From Bacteroidota bacterium (GTDB lineage Bacteria > Bacteroidota > Bacteroidia > CAIKAF01), in assembly GCA_027621385.1 (NCBI GenBank), contig JAQCBQ010000003.1, forward strand, positions 1 to 34,302: a stretch of DNA of 34,302 nt. Reading direction: 5' to 3'. The notes below the pieces were generated by a model, which did not search any database, was not told where the DNA came from, and was given only the letters and a program-made list of their open reading frames with translations. Numbering within the stretch: position 1 is the stretch's first letter; every line of letters begins with the position of its first letter. Made by a program: the position numbers and the translations under genes. Positions 28,304 through 34,302 of the stretch are shown piece after piece.

Positions 28304-28822
28304 ATGCGCATTCTGTTGCTCAGCGATAGCCATGGTGCCTTACCTAAAAAAATCGAACCATTCCTTAAAGAAGCAGATGAAATCTGGCATGCCGGTGACA
28401 TCGGTCCTTCAGGTTGCCTTGATTTTTTGGAAAGTATGGCTCCGGTGCGGGCAGTGTATGGCAACATCGACGGCCGGGAAATTCGCCTCCGATGCCCGGA
28501 ATATCTAAACTTTAATGTTCAAGGCTTGTCCTTTTTTATGATGCATATTCTGGGGCGTCCCGGTCGATATTCGGCTCAAGCCAAGTCCCTGATTCAAAAA
28601 CAGTCCCCTAAATTCGTCATTTGTGGGCACTCCCATATCGCTCTGGTGGCTCCGGGTCAGTTTCCCGGAACCTTGCATTTAAATCCTGGCGCTATTGGCA
28701 ACCACGGCTGGCATAAATCCATCACTGCGCTCCGCTTTCAAATTGAAAATCAGGCACTTTCGAATCTTGACTTGATTGATTTGGGTCCGCGTGGCACCGA
28801 GCAGCCGATGGTATATTTCTAG
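28304..28822 (+). CDS. YfcE/MJ0936-family metallophosphoesterase
   Basis: LSDSHG, HAGDIG, VYGNID, GHSH and LNPGA motifs. Confidence 0.93.
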   Translation: MRILLLSDSHGALPKKIEPFLKEADEIWHAGDIGPSGCLDFLESMAPVRAVYGNIDGREIRLRCPEYLNFNVQGLSFFMMHILGRPGRYSAQAKSLIQKQSPKFVICGHSHIALVAPGQFPGTLHLNPGAIGNHGWHKSITALRFQIENQALSNLDLIDLGPRGTEQPMVYF

Positions 28823-28827
28823 TATTT

Positions 28828-28973
28828 TTTGGGCGGGTTTCGGGCTTTCAGCGGCAGTACGCGGGGAAGTTGGGGGCGGCAGTGCAGAAAAAGGAGCTCC
28901 TCGCGTCGCTCTTTTTCTGCGCTGCCGCCAGCCCAACTTCCCCTTGCGCGCTGCCTGCTTCAATCCCGCCCGC
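28828..28973 (-). ncRNA. Structured dispersed element, copy C (146 nt)
   Basis: On the + strand it reads TTTGGGCGGG..CGGGCTTTC..~34-bp stem..GC-TCCTCGCGTC-GC..TCAATCCCGCCCGC; homologous to copies A and B. The strand is inferred. Confidence 0.7.
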
Positions 28974-29047
28974 AATGGCCCAATACCTCAACGCTGATGT
29001 TAATAAATTTAAGGCCAATGGCACAATAATCAAGATGCAATTGGATG

Positions 29048-29740
29048 CTATTCGGAAGTTAAATCGGACAAAAATTGCTGCTTTAACTGGGCGGAATGCC
29101 GAAACGATCGTTCTGCCCAAGCAATTTTTAAATCCAATTGTTCTGCCAAACTAAGTCCAAATTGACTTGGCTGTTGTTCCCGCATTTTCCAGGTAAGGTG
29201 GTGCATGCACACGGCCGCAGAAACACTTACATTTAGGCTTTCAGTAAATCCAACCATTGGAATTTTCATGTAGCCGTCAGCCGAGTGAAGCGCCTCTTCA
29301 CTCAAGCCCTGCATCTCAGTTCCAAAAACAAGGGCCAATGGAACACTGCAGTCCATGGTCTCTAAATTTACATCGTTCTTATGTGGACTGGCAGCGTATA
29401 TGGTATATCCTAAGGTCCTCAGTTTGGAATAGCATTGCTGTACCGCATCCTCACCTGAATACCTGTGAATGCTCAACCAACGGCTACTGCCCAGTGAAAT
29501 TTCGTGGCTGGTGCTAAAGGGATTTGTTTTTTCAATAACATGCACATCCTGAACCCCGAAGCAATCGCAGGAACGAAGTACAGCACTGGCATTGTGCGCT
29601 TGAAAGAGATTTTCTAAAACAATGGTCAACCTTCGCGTACGCAAAGCCGCTTTTTCATTGAACAACAACGCCTTATGAGGCGTAATTTGTTCCAACAAAC
29701 ATTCCAGGTAGCTCGACTTCCGATCTCCCGGAACATCCAT
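29048..29740 (-). CDS. trmH: TrmH/SpoU-family RNA 2'-O-methyltransferase (tRNA Gm18-like)
   Basis: VLENL..HNASAVLRSCDCFG, VFGTE.QGLS and IPMVGFTESLNVSVS motifs; TAATG overlap with ndk. Confidence 0.88.
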   Translation of the reverse strand: MDVPGDRKSSYLECLLEQITPHKALLFNEKAALRTRRLTIVLENLFQAHNASAVLRSCDCFGVQDVHVIEKTNPFSTSHEISLGSSRWLSIHRYSGEDAVQQCYSKLRTLGYTIYAASPHKNDVNLETMDCSVPLALVFGTEMQGLSEEALHSADGYMKIPMVGFTESLNVSVSAAVCMHHLTWKMREQQPSQFGLSLAEQLDLKIAWAERSFRHSAQLKQQFLSDLTSE

Positions 29741-30162
29741 TACAATACCAATTCTAAATTGGAAAAGAAGAATGAGGCTTCAATGCCTGCATTTTCATCG
29801 CTATCGCTTCCATGAACGGCATTGGCGGCAATGCTTTGAGCATATTTGGCGCGAATGGTACCGGGCTCCGCTTTGCTGGGATCGGTGGCTCCAATTAAGG
29901 TGCGAAAATCAGACACCGCATTTGCTTTCTCCAACACGGCCGCTACAATTGGCCCGGAAGACATATAGCTCACCAATTCACCATAAAATGGACGCTCTTT
30001 GTGAACCGCATAAAATTGGCCCGCTTGCTCTGCGCTCAATTGCAAATACTTCATACCCACAACCTTGAAACCGGCTGCCGTAATATCAGCAATAATGTTA
30101 CCCATGTGTCCATTGGCTACCGCATCGGGTTTAACCATAGTAAAAGTTCTGTTTCCGCTCAT
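29740..30162 (-). CDS. ndk: Nucleoside diphosphate kinase
   Basis: [27 protein letters not shown] and NAVHGSDS motifs; start refined to MSGNRT (ATG at 30162). Confidence 0.98.
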   Translation of the reverse strand: MSGNRTFTMVKPDAVANGHMGNIIADITAAGFKVVGMKYLQLSAEQAGQFYAVHKERPFYGELVSYMSSGPIVAAVLEKANAVSDFRTLIGATDPSKAEPGTIRAKYAQSIAANAVHGSDSDENAGIEASFFFSNLELVL

Positions 30163-30187
30163 TGCGCTTGGTTTTGTTAATTTCGTG

Positions 30188-30195
30188 CAAAAGTA
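30188..30195 (-). promoter_or_regulatory. -7 promoter element TACTTTTG for ndk-trmH
   Basis: Exact TAnnTTTG on the minus strand, 25 nt upstream of the refined ndk ATG. Confidence 0.65.
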
Positions 30196-30210
30196 CATAA
30201 ACCAGCCGAT

Positions 30211-31197
30211 TTGAAACCTGCATTTGATAACCTAGATTGGAATTCGTTAAAATCAATGGGAAAGGTTGTTGCCATTTGCCACAGCCGACCCGACGGAGAT
30301 GCCATTGGCAGCCTCTTGGGCTGGCACTGGATTTGCCAATCCTATGGTATTGATTCCCTCCCCATGTGCCCCGATCCCATACCCGATTATTTGGGATTTC
30401 TCCCGGGAACGGAATCTCTTTTTGTTTTCAATCCTACCGATCAAAATCCGGCAGAGCTCCTTCTGAATGAGGCCGGTTTAATTGTTTTACTTGACTTTTC
30501 AAGAAGAAACCGATGTGGAGACGAGCTGTCTGCGCTGTTGGCCAAGGCCAAGTGCCCCGTTTGGTGCATTGACCACCATCCCGAACCCGAGAGCTTTGAT
30601 GCCTTGTTCCACGATACCAGCGCAAGTTCTACCTGTGAATTGGTGGTTCGGCTTACCTCTGAACCCTGCACGCCACAGGCCGCCATGTGTTTAATGACGG
30701 GGCTGTTGACCGATACAGGCCGTTTTCAATTTGCCACAAGCCCTGCTACTTTTCAAGCGGCTTCCATTCTATTGAATTCCGATATGGATTACCGGGCTCT
30801 CACCGACCGGTTGTTCGAGCAAGAGTCCTTGCAAACCTTACGCCTTCGGGGGCATATTCTAAAAGATAAACTGATTCAATCTTCAGAATTGCCCATGGCT
30901 TGGATTGAACTTTCCTTTCAAGAAAGCAAATCCCTAAATCTGAAATCGGGCGCCACAGAAGGCTGGGTGAATTTTGGACTTGCTATTGAAGGAAATCAAG
31001 CCTCTTTTTTGCTCCATGAAAAAGAGGAAGGAATTACCCGAATTTCCTTCCGATCTAAGAATCAAATAGAGGTAAATCGATTCGCAGAAAAATACTTTCA
31101 GGGTGGAGGACACAAATATGCCGCCGGAGGACGTTTTGAAGGGAACAGTGCAGCAGCACTTCAATTTTTATTGGAACGCGTACATGAACTTTTTTAA
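30211..31197 (+). CDS. nrnA: DHH/DHHA1 oligoribonuclease / pAp phosphatase NrnA
   Basis: [31 protein letters not shown] and GGGH motifs; the start (TTG 30211 or a later ATG) is uncertain. Confidence 0.9.
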   Translation: MKPAFDNLDWNSLKSMGKVVAICHSRPDGDAIGSLLGWHWICQSYGIDSLPMCPDPIPDYLGFLPGTESLFVFNPTDQNPAELLLNEAGLIVLLDFSRRNRCGDELSALLAKAKCPVWCIDHHPEPESFDALFHDTSASSTCELVVRLTSEPCTPQAAMCLMTGLLTDTGRFQFATSPATFQAASILLNSDMDYRALTDRLFEQESLQTLRLRGHILKDKLIQSSELPMAWIELSFQESKSLNLKSGATEGWVNFGLAIEGNQASFLLHEKEEGITRISFRSKNQIEVNRFAEKYFQGGGHKYAAGGRFEGNSAAALQFLLERVHELF

Positions 31198-31726
31198 GGC
31201 CCCCATTCCGTTCTTTATCCTGCTTGGCTTTTTAAGCCAGGCCTGTGGAGGCGCGTCACCTGAAGTTCCTCCACCCCCTCAAATCTCTGAAAAAAAGCTT
31301 CAGGAAGAATTAATTCAGGTCAACCAACGCATGATTCAAGAAGAACAATGGTTGATAAAAAAATACCTGGAGCGCAGAAATCTGCCCTTTGAATCCTTTG
31401 GAACAGGCTTGCACCTGGTTCGACTGTCCAAACCCTTAACCGGCTCTAAACCCAAGGCGGGCGACTATGTTCAAATTGAATATTCGGCCTCGTTGTTGGA
31501 TGGTACCCCATGCTTTCGTTCAGAAGAGGCAGGAGAAGTGCTTCGCTTGGCATTCGACCCCATTGAATCTGGCTTGCAAGATGGAATTTTGAAGATGCAA
31601 ACAGGAGAGGAGTGCTTGCTGTTGATACCATCGCACCTGGCCTTTGGGCTGTTGGGCGATTTAGATAAAATTCCGCCCTATACTCCAGTGGCATATAAGG
31701 TAAAATTGATGCGCATTCAGCCATGA
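31184..31726 (+). CDS. FKBP-type peptidyl-prolyl isomerase lipoprotein (GldI-like)
   Basis: Lipobox LSQA-C; VQIEY..LLDGT, GLQDGILKM and IPSHLAFG..IPP motifs; start refined to MNFFKA. Confidence 0.85.
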   Translation: MNFFKAPIPFFILLGFLSQACGGASPEVPPPPQISEKKLQEELIQVNQRMIQEEQWLIKKYLERRNLPFESFGTGLHLVRLSKPLTGSKPKAGDYVQIEYSASLLDGTPCFRSEEAGEVLRLAFDPIESGLQDGILKMQTGEECLLLIPSHLAFGLLGDLDKIPPYTPVAYKVKLMRIQP

Positions 31727-32592
31727 GGAACCCCTTTGTTTTCTATTTTGTTTTCACTGCTCTTTTTCAGGCCTGTGGATGGGGTTCCGGTTTTGAAGAG
31801 CTGGGTCCTGAAATGAGCTTGAAATTGGACACCGATTTGGATGGTGGTCCAACGGGCGATTCTGTGGTATGGCTTAGAATGTCCGCCTGGATTTCAAATT
31901 CCGAGGATTCAATTTTGGAACCCACCTCCGGATTCAATTTAGAGGTGCACAAAGTTGCTTCCACCAATCCCAACGATTTAATAGCGGTGTTGCCGCATTT
32001 AAGTGCCGGAGATTCAGGAGCAATTCAGTGGACCAAACAGGCATTCCAAAGCATACCTGAATTTGAAAATCTGGTGTTGAATGGCTTGAAATCAGATAGT
32101 TTGGTGCGGCTTCGGTTTCGGGTCTTGGAAGTTCGAAATCGAGAAGGTCTTGAGGCCCTAAATCGAGAAAAAGAGCAACAGGCTGCCGCCTACGCGGTTG
32201 ATGAATTCAAAGCCTACATTCAACTGTATAGGCAAGATTTGGTCTCCATTCCATTTTCACCCTTTGTTATCAAAGAAACCTTTCAAGAAAAGGCCAAACA
32301 GCTGCAGTATGGTGATTCCATTCGCATCCGTTACCTCTTGCTCACCTTAGATGGTCGGCCTGTGGAAGGAGATTGGTCCGATTCCGGACAACTTCATTTG
32401 AAAATTGGTCCCAGCAGCCTGTTTCCAATGGCTTTTTTTGAAGGACTAATGCAATTTAAAGAAGGAGAGCAGGGCCTACTGTTAATCCCGTACACCCACT
32501 GGAGTTCCAATCCCCCTTCCGCTTGGGCAAAGTATGGATTGCACGCCTTTGATAATTTGGTGTATAAGATCGACGTCGAACGGGTATTTTAA
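31723..32592 (+). CDS. Divergent FKBP-domain lipoprotein
   Basis: Lipobox FQA-C; C-terminal GDSIRIRY..LDG..EGLMQFKEGEQGLLLIP; a degenerate FKBP-like N-terminal half. Confidence 0.7.
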   Translation: MRNPFVFYFVFTALFQACGWGSGFEELGPEMSLKLDTDLDGGPTGDSVVWLRMSAWISNSEDSILEPTSGFNLEVHKVASTNPNDLIAVLPHLSAGDSGAIQWTKQAFQSIPEFENLVLNGLKSDSLVRLRFRVLEVRNREGLEALNREKEQQAAAYAVDEFKAYIQLYRQDLVSIPFSPFVIKETFQEKAKQLQYGDSIRIRYLLLTLDGRPVEGDWSDSGQLHLKIGPSSLFPMAFFEGLMQFKEGEQGLLLIPYTHWSSNPPSAWAKYGLHAFDNLVYKIDVERVF

Positions 32593-32613
32593 CTCAAATT
32601 GGGGGGTAATGCC

Positions 32614-32898
32614 TTATTTCCCCTTTTGTTTTTCCCACTGCTTGCGCAGGGCATCGATGCATTCATCCAAGGCAGTTTCAAACCTTGGTCCCTGTTTTTT
32701 TGCAAACAAATCATTCCCCGGAACCCGAAGTCGGACTTCTGCTGCTTTGTTGTTTTCAACGTCTTGAGTCCGTTTGTAGGTAACCTCTACCCCAACCAAC
32801 TCCGGAATTCGATCGTAGAAAGTGGATAATTTCTTTGTAGTGCGGTCTTTTAAGGTCTCTTTAAGATTTAGAGATGGTGCAAGAATTCGAATGTCCAT
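32614..32898 (-). CDS. hpf: Ribosome hibernation factor, short HPF/RaiA family
   Basis: 94 aa; NKAAEVRLRVPGNDLFAK..FETALD..LRKQ pattern; conserved position after rpsU-xerC. Confidence 0.88.
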   Translation of the reverse strand: MDIRILAPSLNLKETLKDRTTKKLSTFYDRIPELVGVEVTYKRTQDVENNKAAEVRLRVPGNDLFAKKQGPRFETALDECIDALRKQWEKQKGK

Positions 32899-32905
32899 GG
32901 CAACA

Positions 32906-32996
32906 GGGTGTTTTTAATTGGTAATGAAGAAAGGCAATGATGCCTTCCCATGCTTACAAGTTACCAAACCTTTTAATTCAAAACACCCAATTAAAA
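32906..32996 (-). promoter_or_regulatory. Nested inverted repeats in the xerC-hpf spacer (putative structured leader)
   Basis: 32906-32919/32975-32988 (13 of 14 bp), 32918-32924/32961-32967, 32931-32936/32941-32946, and the alternative pair 32912-32921/32987-32996. Confidence 0.5.
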
Positions 32997-33000
32997 TAAA

Positions 33001-33921
33001 TTAACCTTGTTGTCCTTTTGGGTGGGCCTTGGCATAGGCTGTTTTTAGTCGCTCGATGCTAACATGGGTATACACTTGTGTGGCTGCCAGGCCTGCATGT
33101 CCCAATAACTCTTTAACGGCTAAAATATCTGCACCTTCACTGAGCAGCCAAGTAGCAAAGGTGTGGCGAAGCAAATGGGGTCCACGGTAATCGCTTTGAG
33201 TAACCTGACTCAGGTATTTTTTAGTTTGGCTGTACATCCAATCTCCGGTGCAGGCCTTCCCTTGATTGGTCAGGAATAGAGCATCTGTAGAGATACCCCC
33301 ACCGATTTGAAGAATAAAATCTGCTCTTTGTTTCAAATACTCCTTCAGCCAATCTACTAGGATTGGATGCAGGGGTATCAGCCGTTCTTTTTGTCGTTTT
33401 CCCATCACGCGGATGGTACTTCCTGCAAAAGAAACATCACCGGTTTTCAGTCCAACCAATTCTGCCCTTCGCATGCCGGTATATAAAAAGCAACCCAGCA
33501 TGGTTTTGTCTCGGTATCCGGCGAAGTCTGAACTGAGTTGGAACAACGAAGCCAATTGCTGGGCTTGAGATGGGGTTAAAAAATGCGGTTGCCGTTTGGG
33601 TGTTTTTAAATTTTTCAGGTCTTGCGTAGGATCAATATCTATTCGTTTTTGCCGCTTCATGAACTGAAAAAAGGTTCTAAGCGTGGACAACGTTCGATTG
33701 ATGGAGGTTCTGGCCAGGCCTTTGTGCCTTAAATGAATTAAAAACGACCGGATATCGGTTGGTTCAATAGAATTCCATTCTTCAGTGCCATCAACACCAA
33801 ATAAAAAGACCCGGAGTTGCTCCAGGTCATTCTGATATGCTCGAACGGTATGCGAAGATAACCTACGCTCCGCTTTCAGGTACGATAAAAAGGACGAGAT
33901 GCCATCTGTGCCGGCGTTCAT
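33001..33921 (-). CDS. xerC: Chromosomal tyrosine recombinase, XerC/XerD family
   Basis: SAM-like N-domain LSSHTVRAY; catalytic R (GMRRAEL), K (GKRQKER), HLLRH, LLGH and Y (TQVYTH). Confidence 0.9.
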   Translation of the reverse strand: MNAGTDGISSFLSYLKAERRLSSHTVRAYQNDLEQLRVFLFGVDGTEEWNSIEPTDIRSFLIHLRHKGLARTSINRTLSTLRTFFQFMKRQKRIDIDPTQDLKNLKTPKRQPHFLTPSQAQQLASLFQLSSDFAGYRDKTMLGCFLYTGMRRAELVGLKTGDVSFAGSTIRVMGKRQKERLIPLHPILVDWLKEYLKQRADFILQIGGGISTDALFLTNQGKACTGDWMYSQTKKYLSQVTQSDYRGPHLLRHTFATWLLSEGADILAVKELLGHAGLAATQVYTHVSIERLKTAYAKAHPKGQQG

Positions 33922-33941
33922 GGCCGAGATAGCTTCCCAAC

Positions 33942-34139
33942 TTAAATGTTGGTTTCCTGACGGCGAATTTGCTCGATGTAAGCAGCCTTAGTAATTTCAT
34001 CACGACGCTCTACCGATGGTTTGGTAAAGGCTTGACGCTTTCTAAGTTGCTTCAAAGCACCTGTTTTTTCAAACTTACGTTTGAACTTTTTAAGGGCGCG
34101 ATCGATGTTTTCACCTTCTTTAATTGGGATAATCAACAT
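33942..34139 (-). CDS. rpsU: 30S ribosomal protein bS21
   Basis: GENIDRALKKFKRK..FTKPSVERR pattern; Tyr54 present. Confidence 0.98.
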   Translation of the reverse strand: MLIIPIKEGENIDRALKKFKRKFEKTGALKQLRKRQAFTKPSVERRDEITKAAYIEQIRRQETNI

Positions 34140-34162
34140 GTGATAGTCTTTTTAATGGAGTG

Positions 34163-34194
34163 CAAATGTAGAGAAATCCTTTTTGTTTCTCAAA
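34163..34194 (-). promoter_or_regulatory. Bacteroidota primary-sigma promoter for rpsU-xerC-hpf
   Basis: The minus strand reads TTTG (34194-34191)-N20-TACATTTG (34170-34163). Confidence 0.8.
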
Positions 34195-34210
34195 TATTTT
34201 CATGCAGTTT

Positions 34211-34241
34211 TTTGTAAAACTCAGGGATGAACGTATATTTG
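34211..34241 (+). promoter_or_regulatory. Bacteroidota primary-sigma promoter for tRNA-Arg
   Basis: TTTG (34211-34214)-N19-TATATTTG (34234-34241). Confidence 0.8.
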
Positions 34242-34254
34242 CCCCACTTTAATA

Positions 34255-34302
34255 GGCCCCGTAGCTTAATTGGATAGAGCATCTGACTACGGATCAGAAG
34301 GT
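34255..34302 (+). tRNA. tRNA-Arg (anticodon ACG), 3'-truncated by the window end
   Basis: GGCCCCG acceptor strand, D-arm GCTT-AATTGGAT-AGAGC and anticodon arm TCTGA-CTACGGA-TCAGA. Confidence 0.95.

Noticed and set aside
14969-28973. The three elements as integron attC sites or a CRISPR array
   Set aside because: They lack RYYYAAC/GTTRRRY ends, the flanking genes are convergent housekeeping genes, and there is no repeat-spacer periodicity or cas gene.
28679-29154. Small ORFs over the elements (also 14901-15210 and 18621-18836)
   Set aside because: They arise from stop-poor GC-rich palindromic DNA; no frame or peptide is shared among the three copies.
33001-34302. Tyrosine recombinase near a tRNA as a prophage or island integrase
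   Set aside because: It is XerC-sized, sits in the conserved rpsU-xerC-hpf operon, lies on the 5' side of the tRNA, and has no cargo genes or att duplication.

Overview
Core-genome segment of a Bacteroidota bacterium, probably Flavobacteriales-like. The assignment rests on TAnnTTTG promoters, T9SS C-terminal domains, a Bat operon and the rpsU-xerC-hpf cluster. It holds about 37 tightly packed genes: partial rarA; a lipoprotein/beta-barrel/T9SS-cargo/TPR cluster; a metB-family enzyme; PAP2; obgE; ferredoxin with a LuxC-like reductase; rlmH; nadC; yihY; gap; an M43 T9SS protease; cinA; moxR-DUF58-batABCDE; a YfcE-like gene; a TrmH-family gene; ndk; nrnA; two FKBP lipoproteins; hpf; xerC; rpsU; and a tRNA-Arg(ACG) cut by the window end. 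No transposase, prophage or CRISPR array is visible. The main unexplained signal is three dispersed, GC-rich, 144-147-nt rod-shaped elements (14969-15112, 18660-18806, 28828-28973), each between convergent genes. They share terminal motifs, an internal loop, a 10-nt apical loop and near-identical arm lengths, while the stems differ through compensatory changes. They may be a structured ncRNA or REP-like family; from memory the termini resemble the Flavo-1 motif, which I could not verify. All product calls come from motif recognition only, with no database searches.
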